A stretch of DNA of 64,000 bases from Candidatus Kapaibacterium sp. (GCA_963664875.1 OY761611.1:2144001-2208000), one strand, 5' to 3'; counted from the first letter of the stretch, positions 34,583 through 46,300 are shown. Notes: generated from the letters alone by a model not told the origin. A program made the numbers and translations.

Positions 34583-34881
34583 ACCCATCCAATATATTGT
34601 TATAAAACCACCTAATATTCTATTCATAAATATATTTCAATAATATAATAAATATTTGCAGTACGACAAACTAATTTCTATTTGGAAACAAATTGAGTTT
34701 AGTATAGAGAATATTTTCGCAATATAAAGTTTTTTTGTTTTTCCAAAGCGTTGATTTTTCGACAAGTTCAATAATGCAGCTCAGTGATTAAGTAAATACT
34801 TTATTTTTTGACTACAATATTTTGTGTATTTTGTTGTATAAATGATATATTGTTTATCTTTCCATTCCGGCAGGTATAGCT

Positions 34882-36270
34882 ATGAAAGATTTGCTACTTT
34901 CTCTCTTCAGCTATTTCAAAGATATGTTTATAGAAGTAGTTTCCATCAAAGACGGAACTGATGTTGATGGTACTATCGATAGTATTAAAAAAGATGTCGG
35001 GGTTCGTGGTGCTAACGTTTGGATCTTGGTAAGTGCAGCAATGCTGGCTTCAATAGGTCTCGATGTTTCCTCTAGTGCTGTAATTATTGGTGCCATGCTT
35101 ATTTCACCGTTAATGGCTCCTATCCTCGGTATTGGATTGAGTATTGGCATAAGCGACCGCACCTTTCTTGAGGACTCACTTAAAAATTTTGGGATAGCAG
35201 TATTTGTTTCTTTAGCTACAAGTTTTGTATATTTTACGTTAACCCCTTTGGGGCAACCTACTGCAGAGATGCTGGCACGCACACGTCCGACTCTATTAGA
35301 TGTGGGTGTGGCAATATTTGGTGGTGTTGCTGGCATTGTAGCAAATTCAAGAAAATATAAAACAAACGCAATTCCGGGTGTTGCTATCGCAACTGCTTTG
35401 ATGCCTCCTTTGTGTACAGCCGGATACGGACTTGCAAGCGGGGACGGAGCATTTTTCTGGGGAGCATTCTATTTGTTTTTTATCAATGCCGTATTTATTG
35501 CACTTTCCACTTATGCAATAGTTCGATTCTTAAACTTCCCGCTTGTTGAGTTTTTGGATGTTAAAATCAAAAGAAAAATGCAAAGTTGGATTGCAATTTT
35601 TGCAACCATCGTTATAGTTCCGTCTGCATATATTTTCTATGGTGTGGTAGTAGAAGCCAAACGAGAAAAGGACACAAATTCTTTCGTCAAAAATAGATTC
35701 AATACTGCAAAATATGAAGCTATCAGAACTGAATTTATAGAAGGAGACAGCACAACTACTCTCAAGCTATATGCTATAGGTGAACCTATTCCGAAAGATA
35801 CTGTAAAACAGCTTCAAAAAGATCTCGAAAAATACGGATTGGAAGATATTACATTAAATCTGGTTCAAATGAATGTGCCTGAAAGCGAACGTGAACAGAT
35901 CAAAAACGAAGCGATGGTAGCAGCAGCTACTGACGTAATGAGAAAGATATCAATGACAAAGGAAGTATATGATGCAAAAGACAGACAAATAGATTCTTTG
36001 AAAAAACATATACAATACGTATCTTTGGATTCGGGTACAGTGGCTCAGCTGAAAAAAGAATCTTTTGCTCTTTATCCTGAAATCAAAAAAATATCCTTTG
36101 GTATGATTGATGATTATCAGGACAGCACAGGGTACAAACCAATACCGGTAGCTCTGATAGAACTTATCGGCAATGGTAAGTCTCGAGACAAAGACGAAAT
36201 ATTCAAAAGATATTCTGAATACTTTAAAGTCAGAATGGGACGCCAAACAGCAAGAGTTTTTTTGAAATAA
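34882..36270 (+). CDS. DUF389 membrane protein
   Basis: IIGAMLISPLM and IPGVAIATALMPPLCT motifs. Confidence 0.9.
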   Translation: MKDLLLSLFSYFKDMFIEVVSIKDGTDVDGTIDSIKKDVGVRGANVWILVSAAMLASIGLDVSSSAVIIGAMLISPLMAPILGIGLSIGISDRTFLEDSLKNFGIAVFVSLATSFVYFTLTPLGQPTAEMLARTRPTLLDVGVAIFGGVAGIVANSRKYKTNAIPGVAIATALMPPLCTAGYGLASGDGAFFWGAFYLFFINAVFIALSTYAIVRFLNFPLVEFLDVKIKRKMQSWIAIFATIVIVPSAYIFYGVVVEAKREKDTNSFVKNRFNTAKYEAIRTEFIEGDSTTTLKLYAIGEPIPKDTVKQLQKDLEKYGLEDITLNLVQMNVPESEREQIKNEAMVAAATDVMRKISMTKEVYDAKDRQIDSLKKHIQYVSLDSGTVAQLKKESFALYPEIKKISFGMIDDYQDSTGYKPIPVALIELIGNGKSRDKDEIFKRYSEYFKVRMGRQTARVFLK

Positions 36271-36354
36271 TTTTTTTTGATCTTGTATAAAAAAATACTT
36301 GCATCAATCACAAAAACTCCTTAAGTTTGTACTCCTAATTGAGACGGGGAATAC

Positions 36355-36427
36355 AGGGATGTCGCCAAGTGGCTAAGGCACCGGTTTTTGGGTCCGGCAT
36401 TCGCAGGTTCGAGTCCTGCCATCCCTG
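36355..36427 (+). tRNA. tRNA-Gln(TTG)
   Basis: Acceptor stem AGGGATG/CATCCCT, anticodon loop TTTTGGG, T-arm GCAGG-TTCGAGT-CCTGC; typical position before prs. Confidence 0.9.
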
Positions 36428-36465
36428 CTTTTTTTTTATTTATACATTACGACGATAAATAAAAA

Positions 36466-37407
36466 ATGCCTGAATTTAAAATAGCTGGTGGCAGAGCAAG
36501 TCAGTCATTAGCAGAAAAAGTAGCGACTCATCTGGGTATTAAGTTAGCTAAAACATCAATTCGCAATTTCTCCGATGGCGAGATTTGGGTTAAATACGAA
36601 GAGAATGTTAGAGGCGTTGATTTGTTTATAGTACAATCAACTTTCGCTCCATCTGATAATATCATGGAGCTTTTAATGCTTATAGATGCAGCAAAGAGAG
36701 CTTCCGCCAGTAGAGTAACAGCTGTTATTCCTTACTTCGGATACTCACGACAAGACAGAAAAGATCAGCCCCGCGTAGCACTAACTGCAAAATTAGTTGC
36801 TAATTTGCTCGAAAGAGCAGGAGCTGACAGAGTCATTACAATCGATTTGCATGCTTCGCAAATCCAAGGTTATTTCGATATTCCTATGGATCACTTGTAT
36901 GCCTCTCCTGTGATGATTAGACGTCTGAAAAAATTGAGCGGATTAGATCCGTTAGCAGTAGGTGCCCCTGATGTAGGTGGTGCCAAAACAGCACGCTCTT
37001 ACGCGAATAAATTAGGTGCAGACTTAGTTTTGGTCGATAAAAGAAGACCAGAGCATAACGTAGCAGAAATCATGCATATAATTGGTAACTGCGAAGACAA
37101 AAACGTGCTAATAGTTGATGATATGATTGATACCGGGACTACTTTTGTCAAATGTGCTGAGGCTTTGAAAGCCCAAGGTGCTAAAAGGGTTCTCGGTCTT
37201 TGTGTGCATCCGGTGTTTTCCGGTCAGGCTCTTGACAAAATCGAAGCTACAGACGCTGTAGAAAAAGTCTTTGTTACTGACACTATTCCTCTGAAAAGAC
37301 AGTCAGACAGAATAGAAGTAGTTTCAGTTGCAGAACTGCTTGCAGAGGCTATCATTCGCACACACGACAATCGCTCAATCAGCTCGCTTTTTGAGATAGA
37401 AAGATAA
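36466..37407 (+). CDS. prs: ribose-phosphate pyrophosphokinase
   Basis: FSDGEI, PYFGYSRQDRK, DLHASQIQG and VDDMIDTGTT. Confidence 0.97.
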   Translation: MPEFKIAGGRASQSLAEKVATHLGIKLAKTSIRNFSDGEIWVKYEENVRGVDLFIVQSTFAPSDNIMELLMLIDAAKRASASRVTAVIPYFGYSRQDRKDQPRVALTAKLVANLLERAGADRVITIDLHASQIQGYFDIPMDHLYASPVMIRRLKKLSGLDPLAVGAPDVGGAKTARSYANKLGADLVLVDKRRPEHNVAEIMHIIGNCEDKNVLIVDDMIDTGTTFVKCAEALKAQGAKRVLGLCVHPVFSGQALDKIEATDAVEKVFVTDTIPLKRQSDRIEVVSVAELLAEAIIRTHDNRSISSLFEIER

Positions 37408-37443
37408 AATAATTTAATAAGCTATATTCTGAAGGGTGTTGCT

Positions 37444-38025
37444 ATGAAAGAGGTAGCATTAAAGGTTCAAAAAAGAGATACAGGCAAAAAAGAAGTAAAA
37501 CAAGTAAGAGCTGAGGGACTTATCCCGGGTATCTGCTATTCTAAATCAAACGAACCAGTTGCAATTGCTGCAAAGCCTTTGGATATGCGTTCTGTTGTAT
37601 TTACTCCTTATACTAAAAAAGTATGCTTGGAAATCGAAGGTGGTCAAAATTTGGAATGTGTATTGAAAGAAGTTACTTTCGATCCTATCACTGACGAAAT
37701 CAAACACTTTGATTTGCAGGTTTTGGAAGAAAATACTCCAATTACAGTTAGCGTTCCATTTGTTCTTGTAGGTCAGTCAAGCGGTGTTCGTGCCGGTGGT
37801 ATTATGCAACACGTTTTGCGTAAATGCCCGGTTACATGTATGCCTAAAGATCTTGTAAGTGCTGTCGAAGTTGACGTTAAAGCACTTGAAATCGGCAAAT
37901 CTATTCACATTAAAGATGTGAAAAAAGAGAACATCAAATACGGTGTACCTGATCATACTATTATTTGCTCAGTTGCTGCTTCAAGAGCTTCTCGTTCTGC
38001 TGCAGATGCTGCTCCTGGCAAATAA
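37444..38025 (+). CDS. rplY: 50S ribosomal protein L25/Ctc
   Basis: R.EGLIPGICY, DPITDEIKHFD and GVRAGG; follows prs. Confidence 0.93.
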   Translation: MKEVALKVQKRDTGKKEVKQVRAEGLIPGICYSKSNEPVAIAAKPLDMRSVVFTPYTKKVCLEIEGGQNLECVLKEVTFDPITDEIKHFDLQVLEENTPITVSVPFVLVGQSSGVRAGGIMQHVLRKCPVTCMPKDLVSAVEVDVKALEIGKSIHIKDVKKENIKYGVPDHTIICSVAASRASRSAADAAPGK

Positions 38026-38051
38026 TAAGTTATATATCTCTAGTTTTTATG

Positions 38052-38082
38052 CAAATAGCTGTCATCCAATGACAGCTATTTG
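38052..38082 (+). terminator. hairpin terminator after rplY
   Basis: CAAATAGCTGTCAT-cca-ATGACAGCTATTTG perfect stem between convergent genes. Confidence 0.75.
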
Positions 38083-38212
38083 TGTATATCTATGGTCTGT
38101 GTGAACCTTTTTATGGCTTGTTCTTCTTGCAATATAATAGTGCACATAGATCCGTAAAAAAAGGTACTAAATAATATTTAGCACCCTTAATTTGACGAAT
38201 TTTGCGACAGTA

Positions 38213-39379
38213 TTAGATCATCATTTTAAATATTTCTAAGACATCGTCTCTATCCAATTTTCTAAATTGACCTATCATACCAAATTTTGTAGCTTTGTCT
38301 GCCATTTCTTCTATTCTGCTATCATCGATGTCAAAATCTGATAGCTTTGTAGGCAATCCCATTGCTTTAAAGAAAGCACGCAACTTGCTAATACCTTCTT
38401 TTGCAGCAATGATTTTATCTTCGTTTGCTGGTACTCCCATAACATTAACTGCAAAATTGTAGTATTTCTCTACATTTTTCTCAGTCATAGTATATTCCAT
38501 CCAATAAGGAGTAATTAGAGCCAAGCCTGCACCGTGGGTTACATCATATATTGCACTGACTGCATGCTCAATCATGTGAACTGCCCAATCACCATATCTG
38601 CCGGTGGAGAGCAGTCCATTGAGAGCTAGAGTTCCGGTCCACATAAGGTTTGCTCTTGCTTCGTAGTTCTCAGGTTCTTTAATCGCAATTGGTCCATAAT
38701 GCATCGCAGTTTTTAGCATTGCTTCGCACATTCTGTCTTGAATATGAGTGCCGCCGATTGGAGAAAAGTATTGCTCTAAAATGTGACTCATTATATCTGC
38801 AGTTCCGGAAGCTGTTTGCCATTCATTCACTGTGTAGGTGTTTTCCGGGTCGAGTATTGAAAATTTTGGAAGTACTAATGGAGAGCCGGCTGGAAGCTTG
38901 TCTTGAGTTTCCCAATTAGTAACTACAGTGCCGCTGTTCATTTCCGAACCGGTAGCAGCCAAAGTCAGAATAGAAGCTACAGGGACTGCATCCATTGGAG
39001 TAGCTTTTCTTAAAAAGAAATCCCATACATCTCCATCATACTTTATACCCATAGAGATAGCTTTTGCTGCATCGATTACAGAGCCTCCGCCTACTGCTAG
39101 AATAAAGTCGCATTTATCTCTTTTGGCTACTTCTATTCCTTTATTGACAGACGAAAGACGTGGATTAGGTTCGATTCCACCAATCTCGGAGTGCTCTAAT
39201 CCTGCAGATCGAAGAGAGCTTGTAACCTTTTCAAACATACCGTTTATTTTAATGCGTTCGCTACCATAAACAATCAGTACTTTAGTTGCACCATGTTTTT
39301 TTGCAGCGTCGCCTACATGATCCATTTGTCCTTTGCCAAAAAGAATTTCTGTTGGTTGTGTAAAATTAAAGTTCAGCAT
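38213..39379 (-). CDS. iron-containing alcohol dehydrogenase (NADH-dependent butanol dehydrogenase-like)
   Basis: IEPNP, AVGGGSVIDAAK, TLAATGSEMN and H..EH..SA.YDVTHGAGL. Confidence 0.92.
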   Translation of the reverse strand: MLNFNFTQPTEILFGKGQMDHVGDAAKKHGATKVLIVYGSERIKINGMFEKVTSSLRSAGLEHSEIGGIEPNPRLSSVNKGIEVAKRDKCDFILAVGGGSVIDAAKAISMGIKYDGDVWDFFLRKATPMDAVPVASILTLAATGSEMNSGTVVTNWETQDKLPAGSPLVLPKFSILDPENTYTVNEWQTASGTADIMSHILEQYFSPIGGTHIQDRMCEAMLKTAMHYGPIAIKEPENYEARANLMWTGTLALNGLLSTGRYGDWAVHMIEHAVSAIYDVTHGAGLALITPYWMEYTMTEKNVEKYYNFAVNVMGVPANEDKIIAAKEGISKLRAFFKAMGLPTKLSDFDIDDSRIEEMADKATKFGMIGQFRKLDRDDVLEIFKMMI

Positions 39380-39661
39380 AAGAACAATCTCCTATATTTA
39401 TAATATCAATTATCCAAAGCTTAATACGAAAGAAAGGGCTAAGTAGTTCAAAATATTAATGGCATGCAGTTGCGTGATAGCGAAACGTGATAGGGGTCAT
39501 GTGCTGATACATGGATTCTAAAGTATATACAAGGGACAATAATGAGCCCCAGTATATCTATAAGATTTATGGAGGTAGCTAAAAGTAACACAGCCCCCCA
39601 ACCCACAAACAAAAAATCCTTATAACTTTATCAGCTATAAGGATTTATAAGTTTCTTCCAG

Positions 39662-39734
<73 letters not shown>

Positions 39735-39784
39735 TCCTTAAAAAGGAATACAAATTTAAGTGGATTTTTCTTTTTATCCAAACT

Positions 39785-40507
39785 TTATTTTTCACTATCT
39801 ATATTTTTTTCAGATGCAAGATTAGATTGTATAATAGAATGCAGCTTTTTCATTAGCTCATTTTCTGCAATTCTGTCCAATTTACCCTTGTTTTCTATAG
39901 GTTCCCCGATAATTAGATTTACTTCTGTCGGGATTATCTTTCTTGTAGTAGGTTCGTAAACTTTCCATGCATTGATAAGGGTTATGGGCACAATTGACTT
40001 TTCTGCTTTAGAGGCAAGCATGAACGCACCTCTCTTGAATTCACCCAATACGCCATTTCCGGAGCGTGTCCCTTCAGGAAAAATTACTATCGAGCTTCCA
40101 CTGTTTATTTCATTAACTGCAGTCTCTATGGATTGCATTGCTTTTCTTGGATCTTCCCTCACTATCGGAATAAAAGGCGATTTTTTTAAAGCATAACCGA
40201 AAATCGGAATCTTTTCTAATTCCTGTTTATATATCATTCTAATATCATCGCCAAGACCATAGATGAGTAGCGGGATGTCAAACATACTGGTATGATTGCT
40301 TATATAAATGTAAGTTTCGTCTTTTGCTAAATTCTCTTTTCCGATAATATTTAATTTTATTTTGCTTTTTTCAACAATATTCCTTGCCCATCTTTTGGAC
40401 AAAACGTTGAAAGAACGCTTGCCAAATAGTATCATACCGATGGCTACAAGGGCACTGTCAAAAATGGTGAAAAAAAGTATATTTGCAATTCTAAAATACG
40501 AACCCAT
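39785..40507 (-). CDS. plsC: 1-acyl-sn-glycerol-3-phosphate acyltransferase
   Basis: NHTSMFD, FPEGTRS and FKRGAF. Confidence 0.9.
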   Translation of the reverse strand: MGSYFRIANILFFTIFDSALVAIGMILFGKRSFNVLSKRWARNIVEKSKIKLNIIGKENLAKDETYIYISNHTSMFDIPLLIYGLGDDIRMIYKQELEKIPIFGYALKKSPFIPIVREDPRKAMQSIETAVNEINSGSSIVIFPEGTRSGNGVLGEFKRGAFMLASKAEKSIVPITLINAWKVYEPTTRKIIPTEVNLIIGEPIENKGKLDRIAENELMKKLHSIIQSNLASEKNIDSEK

Positions 40508-40509
40508 GA

Positions 40510-40839
40510 CTATTCCTTTGCTGCTTCTAAGCAGTTAGCATCTTCGGACGAACAGAGTATGGTACAGATTTTTTTAACTGTCTGGTCTTTAACAGAGTAA
40601 TACCTTTGAAGTCCCTGCGCCCGGCATTCCAAAATGTTATTAGTAAGAAATAGCTTTAATTGTTTGGATACATTAGCCTGCAGCAAGCCTGTTTGCTCGA
40701 TTATTTCAGTTACGCACTTTTCACCGGCAAATAGAGTCCTAAGAATTTTTAATCTTGAAGGCTCTGATAATATTTTGAATTTGGTAGCTAAAATATCTAA
40801 CTCTTCGTCAGTAAAGATTTTTTTTTCGGAAGATTCCAC
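40510..40839 (-). CDS. ArsR/SmtB family transcriptional regulator
   Basis: FKILSEPSRLKIL...CVTEI...QANVSKQL winged HTH; GTG start. Confidence 0.88.
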   Translation of the reverse strand: MESSEKKIFTDEELDILATKFKILSEPSRLKILRTLFAGEKCVTEIIEQTGLLQANVSKQLKLFLTNNILECRAQGLQRYYSVKDQTVKKICTILCSSEDANCLEAAKE

Positions 40840-41113
40840 AACAAACCCCCTACAATAAAAGGATTAGAGATTATATAAAGCAGATTTAGTTCTGTTTTCT
40901 GTTCGCTTAATGCATCAATTGCAGCTATTAAATACAATTTGTCATTTTTATGATAAGTAAAGATATTCTAAATATTTATAAAAAACAAATAGTCCTTATA
41001 CATTTTCGATATTTGTTGTAACGAGTAAAAATTATAACAATAGTTATTAAAATATTTCGTATATTTTTGCAAGACTAATTTGTATTTTTGTTGCAACTAA
41101 AGAAAAGTGAATC

Positions 41114-41308
41114 ATGGCTTTGCATACTTATACATGTGCCAAATGTGGCAGAGAAAAACAAATCGAAATACAACCCGGGCAATCTATCGAAGATGCCAAA
41201 GGCGGTTGCGGATGCGGAAGCAAATCTGATAAAATAAACGGATTGGATATCATGTCTGATAATAAATCAGGCTGTGGATGTGGCGGCGGTGGATGTGGTT
41301 GCCACTAA
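41114..41308 (+). CDS. small Cys/Gly-rich protein (FmdB-like zinc ribbon with metal-binding tail)
   Basis: YTCAKCG, GCGCG and CGCGGGGCGCH; followed by a terminator-like hairpin at about 41381-41412. Confidence 0.7.
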   Translation: MALHTYTCAKCGREKQIEIQPGQSIEDAKGGCGCGSKSDKINGLDIMSDNKSGCGCGGGGCGCH

Positions 41309-41451
41309 TCAAATTAAATTGTTGATTTAACAGAATCCCAATCATATATAACTCTCTAAGAGGCTATCTGTACCAAGCAGTAGCCTTTTTTTATTTTCTG
41401 CTATTACTTATATATATTTGCATAGATTCAATTTCGGATAAGGAAATTTCA

Positions 41452-42381
41452 ATGACAAAGCCTAAAATAATATTTATGGGAACTCCCGATTTTGCGGTCC
41501 CTACTATGGAAGCTATCCACACAAAATGGGGCATTACGGCTGTTGTAACTGTGCCTGATAAGCCTCAGGGGCGTGGCAGAAAGCTTGTTCCGTCTCCTGT
41601 CAAAGCTAAGGCTCTTGAGCTTGGATTGCCCGTGTTGCAACCTGAGAAGCTGAAAGATCCTGAGTTTGAACAGCAAATTGCAGAATTAGATGCTGATATT
41701 ATCTGCGTTGTGGCTTTTAGAATTTTGCCAAGACAGATTTATACAAAATCGAAAATAGGTACTTTTAATATACATGGTTCGCTTTTGCCAAAATACAGAG
41801 GTGCAGCTCCGATAAATCACGCTATCATCAACGGTGACAAAAAAAGTGGTGTTACCTCTTTCCTTTTGCAGGATATTGTTGACACAGGCGATATGCTTCT
41901 CAGAAGAGAAGTTCAAATACCTGACGGCAGCACTGCTGGCGACTTGCATGATATGCTAATGCCAGAATCTGCTTCGTTAGCTGTTGAAACAATAGACTTG
42001 TTACTCTCCGGCAACTACAAAGCCTTGCAGCAGGACGACACTCAAGCTACTCCTGCTCCGAAAATCTTCAGAGAGGATATTAAAATCAACTGGAACACTG
42101 ACGCACTAACTCTAAGAAATTACATACATGGTATGTCTCCTGTTCCGGGGGCATGGACAATGTGGGGCGATAATAACTTTAAAATACTTAAATGCAGCCT
42201 TGCTGAGGATTTAAACCTTGAGCCGGGCGAGTTCATATGTAAAGACAATTCAATATACGCCCAGGCTGTCGGTGGCTCTTTAAAACTCGAATACTTCCAG
42301 CTACAGGGCAAAAAAGCCTTAGCCTGCGAAGATTTTATGCGTGGGTATAGAGGCGAAGCATCAGGTAAGTTTGAGTTTTAG
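41452..42381 (+). CDS. fmt: methionyl-tRNA formyltransferase
   Basis: IIFMGTPDFAV, PDKPQGRG and NIHGSLLPKYRGAAPI. Confidence 0.97.
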   Translation: MTKPKIIFMGTPDFAVPTMEAIHTKWGITAVVTVPDKPQGRGRKLVPSPVKAKALELGLPVLQPEKLKDPEFEQQIAELDADIICVVAFRILPRQIYTKSKIGTFNIHGSLLPKYRGAAPINHAIINGDKKSGVTSFLLQDIVDTGDMLLRREVQIPDGSTAGDLHDMLMPESASLAVETIDLLLSGNYKALQQDDTQATPAPKIFREDIKINWNTDALTLRNYIHGMSPVPGAWTMWGDNNFKILKCSLAEDLNLEPGEFICKDNSIYAQAVGGSLKLEYFQLQGKKALACEDFMRGYRGEASGKFEF

Positions 42382-42488
42382 GAGTAGAGCAAATTCACTT
42401 TTATTTTTAATGTACGGCTACAAATAATACTTTTTCTTTTGCATTGTAAAATATTTTGTATATTTTTGTAAACCTTTTTTAAGGACGT

Positions 42489-42561
42489 GCCAACGTAGCT
42501 CAGCTGGTAGAGCAGCTGATTTGTAATCAGCCGGTCGGCGGTTCGACTCCGTTCGTTGGCT
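42489..42561 (+). tRNA. tRNA-Thr(TGT) copy 1
   Basis: Acceptor stem GCCAACG/CGTTGGC; anticodon arm GCTGA-TTTGTAA-TCAGC. Confidence 0.95.
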
Positions 42562-42603
42562 CTCTCTTTGAAAATTTATCGCTTTTTTCGATTAAAGCAC
42601 TAA

Positions 42604-42676
42604 GCCAACGTAGCTCAGCTGGTAGAGCAGCTGATTTGTAATCAGCCGGTCGGCGGTTCGACTCCGTTCGTTGGCT
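42604..42676 (+). tRNA. tRNA-Thr(TGT) copy 2
   Basis: Identical to copy 1. Confidence 0.95.
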
Positions 42677-42720
42677 CTCTCTTTTGAGAAATTTATCGCT
42701 TTCTTCGATTTAAGCATCAA

Positions 42721-42793
42721 GCCAACGTAGCTCAGCTGGTAGAGCAGCTGATTTGTAATCAGCCGGTCGGCGGTTCGACTCCGTTCGTTGGCT
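42721..42793 (+). tRNA. tRNA-Thr(TGT) copy 3
   Basis: Identical to copy 1. Confidence 0.95.
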
Positions 42794-42835
42794 CTCTCTT
42801 TGAAAATTTATCGCTTTCTTCGATTAAAGCACTAA

Positions 42836-42908
42836 GCCAACGTAGCTCAGCTGGTAGAGCAGCTGATTTGTAATCAGCCGGTCGGCGGTTCGACTCCGTT
42901 CGTTGGCT
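42836..42908 (+). tRNA. tRNA-Thr(TGT) copy 4
   Basis: Identical to copy 1. Confidence 0.95.
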
Positions 42909-42951
42909 CTCTCTTTGAGAAATTTATTGCTTTCTTCGATTTAAGCATCAA

Positions 42952-43024
42952 GCCAACGTAGCTCAGCTGGTAGAGCAGCTGATTTGTAATCAGCCGGTCG
43001 GCGGTTCGACTCCGTTCGTTGGCT
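42952..43024 (+). tRNA. tRNA-Thr(TGT) copy 5
   Basis: Identical to copy 1; followed by a hairpin and T-tract at about 43034-43071. Confidence 0.95.
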
Positions 43025-43359
43025 CACAAATATAAACCGAAATACTAAACTTATAGTGTCTCGGTTTTTTTGTATCCTCTCTCTCAAGTCCCATCTTTTA
43101 CTTCCTTTGATATCTAAAGGCTTTACATTTTTGATGCTCGGAAAAGTTAGATAACAAAGACGTCGAGTCTAATATTCAATATTATGAAGCTTAGTTCGTA
43201 TCCAGATTATAAGCTCTCTTACACTTCGCTGATATTGTTGCGTCGTTTAAGAGATTTTTTTTTGAATATTTTAATTGTTTCTCTTTACAATAATAACAAT
43301 TTTGAATATCTTGTAACAAGAGATTACTGCTTTTCATGATATATCTAAGAGATCAGAAA

Positions 43360-46300
43360 ATGGCAATTAGTTCAGATTTTAACAGCGAAATATTCGGGAA
43401 CAAAAACTTATTAGAGTTTCCGGTTGTTGGTATAGGGGCATCTGCAGGCGGATTAGAAGCTATGCAGGAATTTTTCAAAAAAATGCCTTCGAAGCCGGGT
43501 GCTGCTTTTGTGATTGTGCAACACCTTTCTCCTGATTATAAAAGTCTAATGGACGAATTGCTCGCCAGATATACGAATATGAAGATTCATGTAGTGAAAA
43601 ACGGCATGGAGATTATCGAAAACAATGTATATCTGATACCTCCCAAAGCGAATATGACTATACAGGGAGGAAAATTGTATCTCACTGAAATTAGCGAAAA
43701 AAGATCTCTTAATCTTCCTATAGATGTTTTCTTCCGCTCACTTGCTCAGGATCAGGAAAAAAATGCGATTGGTATTATCCTCTCGGGCACTGGTTCTGAC
43801 GGTACTTTAGGTATCCGCTCCATTAAAGAATACGGTGGGATAATAATGGTGCAGGACGACAGAAGTGCTAAATTCGACGGCATGCCTCGAAGCTCAATTT
43901 CAACCGGATTGGTTGATTTTATCCTGCCTCCTGACAAATTAGCTGAAGAACTTATTATATATATCAAACATCCTTTTGTCAAAAGCAAAAATGAAATTGA
44001 AAATTTATTAAATACAGACCAAAATAGCCTTTCCAAAGTAATCGCAATACTCCGAGACCTAAAGGGAGTGGATTTTGGCTTGTACAAACAAAATACAGTT
44101 ATAAGACGGCTTGAGAAAAGAATAAGCATCAATCGGTTCGACAATATTGATGCTTATGTTAATTACCTTGCTGAAAATTCCAAAGAAGCTAATATCCTCT
44201 TTAATGAGCTACTTATTGGCGTTACCCGTTTTTTCAGAGATACAGAGGCTTTCAATAAAATCAAAGATGAGATAGTTCCTGAAATAATAAATAACACCGG
44301 TACAAAGCAGGAAATCAGAATTTGGGTTCCGGGGTGTTCTACCGGGGAGGAAGCATACTCTCTTGCGATGCTTTTCAAGGAGTATATGGATGAAAACTCT
44401 ACCTATAAGGATATTAAAATCTTTGCAACGGATTTGGACTCCATGTCTCTTGAATTTGCAGGCATTGGGCTATATCCTGATAGCATAATTAGTGACGTAG
44501 CTCCCGAAAGGCTTGCAAGATTTTTTACAAAAAGAGAATCCGGTTACCAAGTAAATGAAAATATAAGAAGCATGATTATATTCGCAAGACACAACCTCAT
44601 GCAGGATCCGCCTTTCTCCAAAATTGATTTAATATCATGCAGAAATTTGCTCATTTATTTTAATACAGATGTTCAGCAAAAAGTACTTTCAATGTTTTAT
44701 CTCTCTCTCAATCCAAACGCGTTCATGTTCCTTGGCAATAGCGAATCGCTTGGCAATCTTTCAGACGGTTTTTTAGTCTTAGACTCTAAAAACAAAATTT
44801 ATCGAATGCTGCAGGGATTTAAACCTGAAATAGTATATAACTACGGCACATCTGCCCTATACAAAAGCAGGAGCGAGCTAAAAAACATCAGTGCTTTCCT
44901 TAAAAACGCAAAGCCTAAGCCAAAAATTCTTGAAGGCGTGATTGATGACATTCTTTCTGATTATATTCCGCCTTCTGTGATTATTGATGAAAACTATGAA
45001 GTGATACATACTATTCATAGTGTAAGTAGTTATTTATCTCTGCCTATAGGTCAGGTATCGCTCAATTTAATGAAAATGTTAGAAAAAGAGTTGGCAATTA
45101 TTGTCAATAGCTTGATTAGAAAAAGCAGCTCAACGGACTCCAAAGTTGTAATCGAAATAAACATCGGTGAAGATCGCAAAAACCTCTCCATTTCCTGCAA
45201 ACGCCTAATCAACAGACCAACCGGCGAGATGTTCTATCTGATTTCTTTCTTAGAAATAAGCCTGGCAGACAAACCTACTCAATTGAAAAAAATTGAATCT
45301 ATTGAGCTTAGCTCGCAATATCAGGAAAGAATAGAAGAGTTAGAAAAGGAACTTCAATATAAAAGCGAAAGTCTGCAGGCTACGGTCGAAGAACTTGAGA
45401 CTTCTAATGAAGAGTTGCAATCTTCCAATGAAGAACTAATTGCTTCAAACGAAGAACTACAGAGCACAAACGAAGAGCTACAATCAGTAAATGAAGAGTT
45501 ATATACAGTCAACTCTGAGCATATAAGAAAAATCGAAGAGCTTACAGAGTTGAATGCAGATATGGACAATCTTCTAAAAAATACAAGAGTTGGCAATCTG
45601 TTTTTAGACCGAGAACTTAATATCCGCAAAGTGAACGAAGTTGCCTCAAGAATTACTAACGTGCTCCCTACTGACAGAGGACGCCCTATATACCATCTTT
45701 CGGTTAAACATCTATATGATAAATTCATTGATGATGTTAAGTCAGTAATACAAACACTTCAACCTGTCGAGCGGGAAATACAATCTCAGGATAAGTATGT
45801 TTATCTGATGCGAATAATACCTTACCGAACAGCTGAAAATGCAATAAATGGTATCATAATTACTTTTGTTGACATTACAATGCTTCAGCAATCGAGAGAG
45901 CTTGTAGATTCACTTCGCAATCGTCTGGAAAATGCTTTAGTGATGGGTGAAATGGCATGGTGGGAATGGGACTACCAACAAAATATTGTCATCACAGGGA
46001 AAGGCAAATATGAAATGCTGGGGTACAGCAAAAATGAAATAGGTACTTCATATCAGGATTGGACAAATTTGATTCATCCTGAGGATTTGCCTCTAACAAT
46101 GCACGCTATGAAAGAATATCTTGAAAATAAACGCGAGATATACTTTGTCGAATACAGAATTAAAGCAAAAAGCGGCCAATATGTATGGTATAGAGATAAA
46201 GGCGGTATCGTAGAATTTACGGAAGACGGCAAGCCTAAAAAGTTGATTGGTATCGTGATGAATATTGACAAAGAGAAAGCCATCAATAGTAAGTATGAAG

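Noticed and set aside
42489-43024. Regularly spaced repeat resembling a CRISPR array
   Set aside because: The units are complete tRNA-Thr genes and the spacers are homologous to each other.
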